Shown piece after piece: positions 26,720-36,348 of a stretch of DNA of 64,000 nucleotides. Under the pieces are notes generated by a model. It ran no database searches. It had not been told where the DNA came from and saw nothing but the letters and a program-made list of their open reading frames with translations. The position numbers were made by a program, and so were the translations under genes. The stretch spans positions 992,001 to 1,056,000 of the forward strand of contig JAVLKG010000002.1 in NCBI GenBank assembly GCA_032128875.1, written 5' to 3'. Each line of letters opens with the position of its first letter. Position 1 is the first letter of the stretch. Source of the DNA: Candidatus Melainabacteria bacterium 17Bon1m. GTDB lineage: Bacteria; Cyanobacteriota; Vampirovibrionia; Obscuribacterales; Obscuribacteraceae.

Positions 26720-28255
26720 TTAATTGCTAGTCCCAGAGCTGGGTTTTACTTTCCAGTCGAATTTGTAGCGGATTTGAATATAGTGTGGCGAGCCTGCTGG
26801 CAATTTTGGCAAAGGCGATGCTGCCTTGAGTGCTGCCAAGGCTGAATCGTCTATAGCCTGATCGCCAGAACTCTCGGTAATGGTGGGGTCGATGATTGTG
26901 CCATTGCGTTTGATTGTGAAAACAGACACGACATGCTTTTCATTCATGCCTTTGGGTGGTGCCCACTTAGATTGAATCAGCTGCTTCATCTCTTTCATGT
27001 ACGGACCCATATCGACGTTCTGAGGCGGAGTATCGTCATTTTCGTCGTCGTCATCACCAGCTTCTTTTGCTGCGGGTTTAGCGGGTGCTGAAATCGGCGC
27101 CCCTTTTGCTGGTGTCGCTTTGGCTGCTGGTGTGGTTTTTGCTGCACCTGCCGGCCTGGCATCCGTGGCGGTTGCTCCCGGTGCTACCGTCAGGTCAGCG
27201 CTCGGTAAATTAGCTGCAATGAGTGTTTTCGACCTGGTCATTCTTCCTGGCGCACCATACTTGATGTCGGGCCTTTGCATTGCCAGTTGATCTAATGAAT
27301 GCCCGATATGCAATGATTTCGGTGGGATTGAACTTTTGAGTCGCACGCCCAGAGGCACATCGACAATGTCCGGACTGTCTGTTGCTGCCAAGAAAAGTGG
27401 GGTTTGGTCTTTCCCTTGAACTTGTTCTGCATCTCTTGTCACGCTTTGCGATACATACGCGGCTAATGTGGCAAGTGGCTGTGTGCCTGCATCGGCGGAC
27501 ATGCCTTCAACCAGATATTGAGTGAAGCTGGAAACCGGTGCGCTCGATGACTGTTGCGATTGCTGCATACCTTTGGTCGCCGACAAGACTGTGACGCCGC
27601 TATTTTCTGCGATTTTCTCAATGTTGAGTCCACCTTCTGCAGTGTTAGCACCGGGAGCAGGAGGCACAGCTGGTGATAGATCCAGGAATGCAACCACGCG
27701 CTTGGATTGAAGGCGTCTTTTAACATTGGCCAGTAAGCTGCTGAGTGGGATGCCTTCTACGCCTGCCTTGTCCAACTTGCTGTCGTTAGCTAGAAGCATC
27801 ACGCCCCTGCCTGCATCACCACGAACAAAGCGAGTGCAAATGTAGATGACGACGAGATCTTCAGGCAGCGCTTTTTTGCATAGCCACTCATCAGTCAGAA
27901 TATTTTCGATCGCATCTTTAGACGCCGCAGCATTGGCTATGGCCACCACATGGTCCGGCGCAAACCGACCGACTCCCACACTTTTGAAGACTTCAGTCAG
28001 CGCAGTAGTGTTTTTATACGCGAAAGGCAACGGCGTGATTGTCGGATCTTGATACCGCCCGACGCCAATGAAAACGCCCCACTTGTCTCTTATTTCAAGG
28101 GCCGCAGCCGGCTTTTTACCTTGAGAGGAGGCGCTGACTTTCGACATTGCCGCGTTTTTCATGCGTACAAGCGGGTTTTCAGCCAGAGCCGGTATGCTGC
28201 AAGGCGATTGCAGTAGACAGAGAACGGCTGAAAGTGTGAATGCGCTTTTTAGCAT
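26720..28255 (-). CDS. secreted caspase-like (C14) domain, catalytically degenerate, fused to a TonB C-terminal-like domain
   Basis: signal peptide; DKWGVFIGVGRYQD...PEDLVVIY...AFLD caspase fold; C-terminal IQSKWAPP...VFTIKRNG...SSGDQAIDDSALAAL...PLPKLP. Confidence 0.75.
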   Translation of the reverse strand: MLKSAFTLSAVLCLLQSPCSIPALAENPLVRMKNAAMSKVSASSQGKKPAAALEIRDKWGVFIGVGRYQDPTITPLPFAYKNTTALTEVFKSVGVGRFAPDHVVAIANAAASKDAIENILTDEWLCKKALPEDLVVIYICTRFVRGDAGRGVMLLANDSKLDKAGVEGIPLSSLLANVKRRLQSKRVVAFLDLSPAVPPAPGANTAEGGLNIEKIAENSGVTVLSATKGMQQSQQSSSAPVSSFTQYLVEGMSADAGTQPLATLAAYVSQSVTRDAEQVQGKDQTPLFLAATDSPDIVDVPLGVRLKSSIPPKSLHIGHSLDQLAMQRPDIKYGAPGRMTRSKTLIAANLPSADLTVAPGATATDARPAGAAKTTPAAKATPAKGAPISAPAKPAAKEAGDDDDENDDTPPQNVDMGPYMKEMKQLIQSKWAPPKGMNEKHVVSVFTIKRNGTIIDPTITESSGDQAIDDSALAALKAASPLPKLPAGSPHYIQIRYKFDWKVKPSSGTSN

Positions 28256-30675
28256 GAAATTTCCTCTACAAACTCCTTCACTTCCTTTGAGGACGGCAGG
28301 CGGCTTTGAGCTATTTTCGGATTGACCGACTGCAATTTGGCAGATGCCTCCACGAGCCTTTCAGCGTCGGAGTTGCCAGATATCCTGTCTAATTGCTCCC
28401 GGCTGGCTGAGCGCGTTTTGCTATGTACACTGTTCTTAGACATTGTTTTGGCGCTTACCGACTCAACTCTCTCGACGATTTCCGGCTCGAGTTCATAGGT
28501 GTCGTAAATCAATCGATCGATAGACCTGTCGATGAAGAGTATCAGATCATCGGTTTTTTGTGAGCATCCATTTACTTCGAGCTTCCCAAAAGAGCCGAAA
28601 GGGATCAATTCCGCAATGGATCTCGTCAGGTAAGAAATGAGCCGTGCGCGTTCCTCAGTCAACATTTGCAAGGGCATCGATTCAACTGTGTCGATGTCCA
28701 CTTGCGCTAAAGCTCGACCGGCCTCGCGGGTTCGCAAACGATAGAGATGTTTCCATAAAGTCGAGTTGATCAGTGCACACAGGCTGATAAGGTCCAGTGA
28801 TGGGTCTTTGCTCAGGGCTGGGGAAAAACTATGCACGTTGTTCAAATGGTACAAACCGCTCTCATCGTAGGCGCAGACGAGTGAATCACCCGTTTGCCGA
28901 ACGAGAATTTTTGGATTTTGAATGATTTGCTCGTTAAATCCACCTTTGAAAAGTAGCTCGGGATTTACGTTTATCCAATCCCCATCCCAAACGACCATAA
29001 ACCGGCGCACTTGTGCTCCTGACGTGATTCCCCTGCGCCAGGTTGTGTTTAGCGGTTGTCTTGCCGTGATTGAATTTCTTCCGCAAAGCGAGCGTATGCC
29101 CGTGTAGCCAGACAAAACACTCTTCAGTCGTGGCATTTGATCTGTTAGCTTCAATAACTTGTGATCGTGTTTGTTGAAAATCAGCCTGAACGAGTCATTT
29201 GATTTGTCGTGCAATTCATTGATCGCTAAAGAATACTTGGTCGCATTCTCGAATTCGTCGAGGGCACCGATAGCCTGACCACTGTCATCGATGTATGTGG
29301 ACAAGTCGACTGCATAGTCTTCTGTGCATTTCTCTTTTTCGTAGTGAGCGACACACCACCTACCCACTACCGCTTCGGGAATTATGCGGGCGGGAAACTC
29401 GCTCAGTGATCGAATGCGGCAATTGGAAAGGAGCAACAAACGCAACTTACGATAATAACTGCCGGTCAGAAATCCGTCCGGAACAAGAAGTACGATACTG
29501 CCTCCGGTGGCAGTATATCTGATAGCAATGTCCTGAAAAATGGAGTGATATCGAACCTTATATTCTGCGGCCTCGAAATAGCGCCGCTTCAAAAATTTCG
29601 CAGAAGTATCCAGCAGAACCTTTTGATTTCTAGCGCCGAAGCTCACATAAGGCGGGTTTGTAATCACTAGATCAAATACATTTTTGTTGTCTGTTTGCAA
29701 TCCTGCTGCATCGAGGATCGAATCAGAAACGACAATATGTTTTCTCAACTTTTGTCCGAGTTGCTTATATAAATGTAGGCAACCAAAGCCGTCCTCTAAA
29801 CCGTCATATATAGAGGTGCAAATTTTTTCGATGTGGCGGGCGGCGCAGAGCGTGACGCTGAGCCTTGCCAGGGCTGCCGCTCTGGGATCTAACTCTTGAC
29901 CATATAAAGAATCGCACGCAAGTGCATATATGTTTTCAGCGCCGGCCGATTCCGCCAATTCAGAATCTATATATTGAATGAAGCCGCAAAGAAAGTTGCC
30001 CGTTCCGCACGAAGGATCCAGGACCTTGAAGGTTTCATCGACGTTGCCATCATTGGTGAGCTGCCGCTTAGCCAAGTGAGACGCTGATTTAGCCCGTTTA
30101 AGGCGTTTGATTAAATCAGTTGAGTAACGACGAAAGGCTATATCAAAGCAGTACTTCACTACATATGGTGGCGTATAAAACTGACCGACTATGCGTCTTC
30201 TTTCTTTAGCCTGAATATCAAAATCTACCTTCGCGCTGTTTTCCAAAGATATATCCAGGCTTTGATTGGCAATCAGCTCGAAGAGAGTTCCAAGCAGCTC
30301 AATACCAGGAGCCAGTCTTGATGAAAGCAGATTCCGAGAGATACTGACTATTTCCTCTTCCAACTCCTTTGAAATCGGGGTGGCAAATGGATATTCATTC
30401 GTCCTAACCATGTGCGATAGCAGAGCAGAAATTTTTTGCTGATCTGTTTTTGACATAGCTGATCTGCATATATGAGAACCACAAGTGGTGGCAAGCCAGA
30501 TGGCCAAAGCGCGCAATGCGTATTCATCGCAAAGCTCGGAAAGCTCCGCACTGTCAGGTATATAGGTCCGCTCACCTCTTGTATCTAATGCGTAACGGAC
30601 TGTTGCACGACCTACTGCAAGACGCAGTTGCATAAGAGCTTTTTTGCCAGAGTTTGGCGCTTTCGGCTGTTTCAT
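28249..30675 (-). CDS. N6-adenine DNA methyltransferase (TaqI/Eco57I-like) with a TaqI-C-type specificity domain
   Basis: GQFYTPPYVV, VLDPSCGTGNFL, NPPY, PKILVRQTG, ALINS. Confidence 0.85.
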   Translation of the reverse strand: MKQPKAPNSGKKALMQLRLAVGRATVRYALDTRGERTYIPDSAELSELCDEYALRALAIWLATTCGSHICRSAMSKTDQQKISALLSHMVRTNEYPFATPISKELEEEIVSISRNLLSSRLAPGIELLGTLFELIANQSLDISLENSAKVDFDIQAKERRRIVGQFYTPPYVVKYCFDIAFRRYSTDLIKRLKRAKSASHLAKRQLTNDGNVDETFKVLDPSCGTGNFLCGFIQYIDSELAESAGAENIYALACDSLYGQELDPRAAALARLSVTLCAARHIEKICTSIYDGLEDGFGCLHLYKQLGQKLRKHIVVSDSILDAAGLQTDNKNVFDLVITNPPYVSFGARNQKVLLDTSAKFLKRRYFEAAEYKVRYHSIFQDIAIRYTATGGSIVLLVPDGFLTGSYYRKLRLLLLSNCRIRSLSEFPARIIPEAVVGRWCVAHYEKEKCTEDYAVDLSTYIDDSGQAIGALDEFENATKYSLAINELHDKSNDSFRLIFNKHDHKLLKLTDQMPRLKSVLSGYTGIRSLCGRNSITARQPLNTTWRRGITSGAQVRRFMVVWDGDWINVNPELLFKGGFNEQIIQNPKILVRQTGDSLVCAYDESGLYHLNNVHSFSPALSKDPSLDLISLCALINSTLWKHLYRLRTREAGRALAQVDIDTVESMPLQMLTEERARLISYLTRSIAELIPFGSFGKLEVNGCSQKTDDLILFIDRSIDRLIYDTYELEPEIVERVESVSAKTMSKNSVHSKTRSASREQLDRISGNSDAERLVEASAKLQSVNPKIAQSRLPSSKEVKEFVEEISC

Positions 30676-30927
30676 CGGACTTTACTAAGTGAATCTCTCA
30701 AACGTCCAGCAGTTCAATAATTATGCAGTGCAATCAAAAATGGCACCATACAAATTTTTCTGAAAAGGTCCGCGGAGCTTCGAGGAGAAGTTTGATTATG
30801 AAATGCAAGTTGGTGCCATTAAGGTCCGCAATTAAATTATCTACAGCTGTAGAAAACCCTGTAAAAAGCTCTGCATCCCGGATACAGTGGATGTCTTGAG
30901 ATTGACAGGTTCGGGAGCATAAACCCC

Positions 30928-31800
30928 TTGGCAGGAACTTTATATATAGTCGCTACCCCAATAGGCAACCTGAGTGATTTGAGCGATCGGGTTAAGGACG
31001 TGCTCAGGACAGCGGACTTGCTTCTTGTCGAAGACACCCGCGTGAGCGCGAAGCTGCTCAATCATTTGGATATAAAAAAGCAGCTTGTCAGCTGCCACGA
31101 ACACAATGAGAAAGAAAAGGTCGAGCTTCTTGCTCGTGCAGCGGAGCAAAACCTGAAAGTGGCATTGCTATCGGATGCTGGAACACCGTTGATTTCTGAT
31201 CCCGGTGAACATCTGGTTTCCAAAGCCGTTGAACTGGGCTTTACAGTCATTCCCATCGCTGGACCCAGCGCCTTCTTGATGGCTCTTGTCGGAAGTGGCT
31301 TGCCCTGTGACCGTTTTGCCTTCGAGGGTTTTCTGCCTGACAAGCCAAAGGACATTCGCGACAGACTCATTGGTCTTGTAAAAGACTCGCGAACACTGGT
31401 TTTTTACGTGTCGCCGCATAAATTGGAACGTACCCTGGCGGAGGTAAAAGCCCTGTTCGGTAGCCGAAAAGCGTGTTTGGCGCGTGAATTGACCAAGCTG
31501 CACGAAGAATTCATTCGAGGAACAGTAGATGAAATAGCCCAGAAATGTGCCAGTGCTGAGTGGCGAGGCGAGTTTGTTCTTGTTATTCAAGGCAACATAG
31601 AAATAGAGTCAGAGGACATTTCCCTCAGCCAAAATGAGTACGAAGAATATGTCCGAGTGCGCTTGGAGCAAGGCGATCGTGCCTCTGAGGTTGCACAAGA
31701 TGCGGCAAAACTTTTCAAACGAAAACGCTCCGACGTTTATCGCCTCGTTGTTGACTACCAGAAAGGGCGACATACCCAGCTCGGGGAGTGCGATAATTGA
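30928..31800 (+). CDS. rsmI: 16S rRNA C1402 2'-O-methyltransferase
   Basis: LYIVATPIGNL, EDTR, SDAGTPLISDPG, ARELTKLHEE. Confidence 0.95.
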   Translation: MAGTLYIVATPIGNLSDLSDRVKDVLRTADLLLVEDTRVSAKLLNHLDIKKQLVSCHEHNEKEKVELLARAAEQNLKVALLSDAGTPLISDPGEHLVSKAVELGFTVIPIAGPSAFLMALVGSGLPCDRFAFEGFLPDKPKDIRDRLIGLVKDSRTLVFYVSPHKLERTLAEVKALFGSRKACLARELTKLHEEFIRGTVDEIAQKCASAEWRGEFVLVIQGNIEIESEDISLSQNEYEEYVRVRLEQGDRASEVAQDAAKLFKRKRSDVYRLVVDYQKGRHTQLGECDN

Positions 31801-31857
31801 AAAGTGCCGAAACCGAAAAATCGAGCACAAAATAAACAGCGGCTGTGAAAGTTTTTT

Positions 31858-32616
31858 GTGTTTCAAAAAGGCAAAGCATACAAAGTAAAAGTTGAAGCGT
31901 CGCCTGGCGAAGTGGGCTTTGGGCGCGCAACTATCGTCGACAAGATCGGCGAGAAGATTTTGGTTCAACTAAAAACAAGTCGTGAAGCCAATAAAGTCCT
32001 TCCAAAAGGCACACGGATGTGGTTCGTCAACGAGTCTTCTGAAAATTCATTCAACGGTATGTGGGCAACCAGTGTTTTAGGTGCTCAATTATTTTCTGGT
32101 CGCACTGCTCTAATTTGCTCAGCCCCCCGTCTGGAAGCCCTTCTTCAGCGACGCCGCACTCCTCGCGCAGCACTCGACGTGAACGCAAGCCTTAGAATGG
32201 AAGGCGATGAAAAAAGCTTTCATTTGCGCACACAAGATATTTCGAGCTCCGGCATAGCGCTAGTATCTCAAATTGACTTGCCTGCCGCCGTCGATGTTGG
32301 TGAAAGTATCGTCGTTAGTATTGATGCTAAGACAGGTAAGATTGAAGCTACTTGTCGCGTCATCAGAATTGAGAAAAACTGGCTGGCCAATAAGACCGTT
32401 CTGGGCGTCGAAATGACCGATATGGATGATGATTCTTCGGAGACTCTTATGAAACTGCTGAATCTACTTGGTCTGGACAATAAGTCTGAAGCCGAGACTC
32501 AAACAGCGACCAGTAAACTGTTTGGATGGAAGGGCGAGCAACGCGGTGAAAAAGAAGACCGCAGTTTTATAAGAAAGACAGGAGAGATTTCACCACCGGA
32601 TGTTGAACCAAGTTAA
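31858..32616 (+). CDS. PilZ-domain c-di-GMP-binding protein (YcgR-like)
   Basis: QRRRTPR (RxxxR) and DISSSG (DxSxxG) motifs. Confidence 0.8.
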   Translation: MFQKGKAYKVKVEASPGEVGFGRATIVDKIGEKILVQLKTSREANKVLPKGTRMWFVNESSENSFNGMWATSVLGAQLFSGRTALICSAPRLEALLQRRRTPRAALDVNASLRMEGDEKSFHLRTQDISSSGIALVSQIDLPAAVDVGESIVVSIDAKTGKIEATCRVIRIEKNWLANKTVLGVEMTDMDDDSSETLMKLLNLLGLDNKSEAETQTATSKLFGWKGEQRGEKEDRSFIRKTGEISPPDVEPS

Positions 32617-32620
32617 CTCG

Positions 32621-33448
32621 ATGGAAACAATACAAGCGATAGTTTTAGGCGTTGTTCAGGGACTAACGGAATTCTTACCAATAAGCAGCACGGCTCACTT
32701 AAGAGCTGTACCGGCATTGCTAGGTTGGGCCGATCCGGGCGTCGATTTCACAGCTGTTATCCAGCTGGGTTCGGTTTTGGCTCTATTCGCTTATTTTCGA
32801 AATGACATCGTGACGCTCGCTGCCGGTTCTTTCCAGGCGCTTAGAAAGGGCGATTTGGAGAGTAAGGAAGCGCGCATCGCAGGCGCGATTATTGTCGGCA
32901 CAATTCCGGTTTGCGTAATCGGACTCGCTCTGAAAAACATTCTTGAGCAAAATGGTGGACCTTTGCGAAGCCTTGTCGTAATTGGCACTGCCTCCATTGT
33001 GATGGGGCTGCTGCTGCTGGTTGCAGAGAAGGTAGCCAAACACACTCGCACTCTAGATTCGATTGGTGTCAAAGACGGATTGATAATCGGATTAGGGCAA
33101 GCGATGGCACTGATTCCGGGCTGCTCTCGCAGCGGTTCGACATTGACCGTAGCAATGCTTTCGAATTTGAAACGTGAAGATGCGGCTCGCTTTAGTTTTT
33201 TGCTGGGAATACCGGCCACAACTTTGAGCGGTTTATTTGAACTCAAGCACTTCTTTGAACATGGCTCAACCGAATCAGGAATTACGTCTCTGGTTGTCGG
33301 AACAATTGTCTCAGCAATCGTCAGTTATGCCGCAATTGCCTGGCTGCTCAAATATTTGAGCAACCATTCGACTTGGTTGTTCATTATTTACCGCATCATA
33401 TTTGGTGCAACCTTAATAGGGCTATCATTGGCTAATGTAATTCATTAG
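32621..33448 (+). CDS. uppP: undecaprenyl-diphosphate phosphatase
   Basis: GVVQGLTEFLPISSTAH, PGCSRSGST, AARFSFLL. Confidence 0.95.
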   Translation: METIQAIVLGVVQGLTEFLPISSTAHLRAVPALLGWADPGVDFTAVIQLGSVLALFAYFRNDIVTLAAGSFQALRKGDLESKEARIAGAIIVGTIPVCVIGLALKNILEQNGGPLRSLVVIGTASIVMGLLLLVAEKVAKHTRTLDSIGVKDGLIIGLGQAMALIPGCSRSGSTLTVAMLSNLKREDAARFSFLLGIPATTLSGLFELKHFFEHGSTESGITSLVVGTIVSAIVSYAAIAWLLKYLSNHSTWLFIIYRIIFGATLIGLSLANVIH

Positions 33449-33485
33449 TTCAAGTTTCTCTCTTTGTTTTTCGCAAGAAACTTGA

Positions 33486-34664
33486 TTAGCCTCTGATTAG
33501 TCGCTTTAGCAGAGCGCTTAACCGATGTCTCGATTGGTCGCTCTTCGCTTGTTCTCGTTTGACGTCTTCTATACGTTTTTCCAAAACGCGCACCCACGAA
33601 TCAGTAATTCCTTTGTCTTTCGCAGCTTTAACCAGACTGCCGAAACCGCCAATTTGGTGGGCTGATGGAATGTTTAACACAGAAAGTTTTGCGTCAGACA
33701 ATTCAGGAATTGCTTTGGATTGCGGAATGCCGTGAAGCCTCGTGAGCAGAATATCCATGACACACTTCGCGCAGACTCCGCAGTTTTCATCGCGTCTTTC
33801 AGCGCTGAAGCAAATTCTCAAATTGTCATAGCCGTCCGCCCATTCGGTGAGTTGCTTTATTTTTTCAACGCGTTTTACGCTTGCTCCGTCGTGAACAATA
33901 CCAAAACTGCAACTCGATAAAAGATGATCTGTTATCGGGTTCGACCCCCAGGGTAAAACCAGTCCGCCGTATGCGCATCCGCTCGCCACAAGCCCTTCAG
34001 AAAAGTTGTTTTTGAAGAACATCAGTGTTGATGCCAGTCCTGCGATATGCGTGTCGTCCCACTCGATATTCATCGCCTGAAGATTCGTAGACATTGTGAT
34101 CAAATTGATGCCTACTTTGTCGAGGGTCGCTTCGATGGGTTTAATTGCTCTCTCAAAAGCATCAGGTGCAGCCAGAGGAATATCAAACCCGTGCACGAAG
34201 AGGCAGCTTTTTATTTCGCGCTTCCAGGCTTTTGGGCAGGAGCCGAGCGTGTGTCGGAAAATCGTGTGTGTGCTGTCGACGCCACCGCTGAACGCTGCAA
34301 TTGCATTCGAACGTTCAATCGCAACGACTTCTTCAGACTCGCAGTCCGGGGTGATTTCGATCTGTTTGTATCTTTCCGGTCGCCAGACCTGCCAAACAGA
34401 CTGGAATTCACTGAGATTGCGCAGCAATGAAGGTGAAAGGTTGCCGTGGAAGCGGCAATCAAAGCCCGCTTTCATCAAAAGAAAAACGTTTGCTACGGCA
34501 AAAGAGTCTGCAGTGCAAACGGCTAAATGTGCGTATTTGCCAGGAATTTTGAACCAAAGGGTTTGACGTTCTTTATGCGGAGTTTCAATAACAGCGCTGA
34601 AGGTCGTATCTTCATTGAGACAAACCGGTTCTTCAATCCAAATGTGAGTCGTGCTGCTGGACAT
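33486..34664 (-). CDS. uncharacterised PP-loop ATPase (adenine nucleotide alpha-hydrolase, QueC-like Zn motif)
   Basis: AFSGGVDS PP-loop; C-terminal C-x8-CGVCAKC. Confidence 0.65.
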   Translation of the reverse strand: MSSSTTHIWIEEPVCLNEDTTFSAVIETPHKERQTLWFKIPGKYAHLAVCTADSFAVANVFLLMKAGFDCRFHGNLSPSLLRNLSEFQSVWQVWRPERYKQIEITPDCESEEVVAIERSNAIAAFSGGVDSTHTIFRHTLGSCPKAWKREIKSCLFVHGFDIPLAAPDAFERAIKPIEATLDKVGINLITMSTNLQAMNIEWDDTHIAGLASTLMFFKNNFSEGLVASGCAYGGLVLPWGSNPITDHLLSSCSFGIVHDGASVKRVEKIKQLTEWADGYDNLRICFSAERRDENCGVCAKCVMDILLTRLHGIPQSKAIPELSDAKLSVLNIPSAHQIGGFGSLVKAAKDKGITDSWVRVLEKRIEDVKREQAKSDQSRHRLSALLKRLIRG

Positions 34665-34902
34665 CAGTGCTTCTGTCTATAAGTTCAGTTCGCCAAAGAT
34701 AAACCAAGTTCGATTTAAGTTACGGTTAACCAAAAATAACCCCCAAAATTGCAAGATTTATCCTCAATAGATCCCTCATGAAGTTAAGATTACCGGAGAG
34801 TCACCGAACGGTAACTTTCATATTGCTTGCGTGTAACTTTCGGCTTGTTCACGGGCATTGCAAGTAAGCAAATTGGTAGATATTAGAAACTGGAGCACAA
34901 TA

Positions 34903-35061
34903 ATGACGAAGAACGAAGTACAAAGTTTTTCCGTTGATGTTAAGGAATCCGAGGCAGTTACACAATTAGAGAAAGTCAAAAACCCAGTCCTGAAGAAGAT
35001 CATCCAACAGGTGCTGGTAGAAGATGAAGCAGGAAGTTCTTTCGGCGAAGGTGGCGCTTAG
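34903..35061 (+). CDS. putative RiPP precursor peptide (52 aa), FxsA-like leader, core ...SSFGEGGA
   Basis: GGAG RBS 7 nt before the ATG; amphipathic leader LEKVKNPVLKKIIQQVL; immediately upstream of the rSAM/SPASM gene. Confidence 0.75.
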   Translation: MTKNEVQSFSVDVKESEAVTQLEKVKNPVLKKIIQQVLVEDEAGSSFGEGGA

Positions 35062-35124
35062 TTTTATCACTAAGGATGGCTGCCAGGTTGTTCGCTTCTT
35101 TTCCGTTGCTCAATCGGAGTTTCA

Positions 35125-36348
35125 ATGAAGTCAGTAATTGAAAACAAGAGAAGTGTGGAAATCAAGAGGCGGCCGATTACCTCTTACGTCCTGAAGATAG
35201 CGAGTCGATGCAATTTGAATTGCAAGTATTGCTATGTTTACAACCTGACGGACAAGACGTATCTGAATCAGCCTGCTGTGATGTCTGATGAAGTGGTGAA
35301 TTCCACTATTCAAAAGGCGCGCAATCATTGCATATCAAATAATCTCACCACTGTGGAATTTATCTTCCATGGTGGTGAGCCTCTTTTGGTTGGCCAAGAA
35401 TTCCTGCGTAGATTCACAGAACAAGCAAAGAAAGTTTTGCTTCCTGAAATTCAGCCTCATTTTTCGATACAAACAAATGGCACTTTACTAACCACTGAAT
35501 GGCTTCATCTTCTGAACGAGCTGAATATCAGCTATGGCATTAGTTTGGACGGCACGCCCGAAGTCAACGATGCCAACCGTGTCGATCATCAAGGCAAAGG
35601 TTCTTACCATCGAGTCAAGGCAGCGCTGGATTTGATTCACTCAGATCCGCAGTTTGAGCCGCGAATGAACGGCATCCTTTCTGTCATAAATATCCATAGC
35701 GATCCGATCGAGATTTACAGACACTTTCGCAGCCTGGGCTTGCGCTCGATTGATCTGCGCTTGCCTGATGCAACACACGATATTCCGCCGCCTGGTGTTG
35801 ACGTAAACGGCACTAATACGCCCTATGCGGACTGGCTGATACCAATCTTCGACGAGTGGTTTGCGCAATCAGAAGCCGAATTCAATGTTCGATTATTCCA
35901 ATATATTATCGGGCTAATTTTCGGATCTCAAAAGTCAACAGTAGATGTCGGTGCAATCAGCTCAAACTTTGCAGTCATCGAAACAGATGGCGGCATCGAA
36001 CCAAGCGGCGCACTGAAAGCCTGTTATGAAGGAATTACCAAAGTCGGCTTGAACGTACTCACCAACGAAGTCGATGAGATCTTCGATATTCCTGTGGTGG
36101 CACTATTTTCTGCTGCGGAAAGTGAATTGCCGGATACCTGCAAGCAGTGCCCCATAGTCAGCGTTTGCGGCGGCGGAAAGCCTCCGCACCGATACAGTGC
36201 AGACAATGGCTTCAACAACCCGTCAGTGTATTGCAGAGACTTGATGAAATTGATTGTGCATATTCAAGAAAAGGTTGTTGCCGAATTGCCTCAAGAACTG
36301 AGACAGCAATTGACTTTGGCCCCGCTGCGAGAATTAGTTGCCGACTGA
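35125..36348 (+). CDS. radical SAM/SPASM peptide maturase, FxsB-like (cyclophane-forming family)
   Basis: VLKIASRCNLNCKYCYVY, FHGGEPLL, QTNG, ISLDG, IETDG, CKQCPIVSVCGGG..PHRY...GFNNPSVYCRDL. Confidence 0.9.
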   Translation: MKSVIENKRSVEIKRRPITSYVLKIASRCNLNCKYCYVYNLTDKTYLNQPAVMSDEVVNSTIQKARNHCISNNLTTVEFIFHGGEPLLVGQEFLRRFTEQAKKVLLPEIQPHFSIQTNGTLLTTEWLHLLNELNISYGISLDGTPEVNDANRVDHQGKGSYHRVKAALDLIHSDPQFEPRMNGILSVINIHSDPIEIYRHFRSLGLRSIDLRLPDATHDIPPPGVDVNGTNTPYADWLIPIFDEWFAQSEAEFNVRLFQYIIGLIFGSQKSTVDVGAISSNFAVIETDGGIEPSGALKACYEGITKVGLNVLTNEVDEIFDIPVVALFSAAESELPDTCKQCPIVSVCGGGKPPHRYSADNGFNNPSVYCRDLMKLIVHIQEKVVAELPQELRQQLTLAPLRELVAD

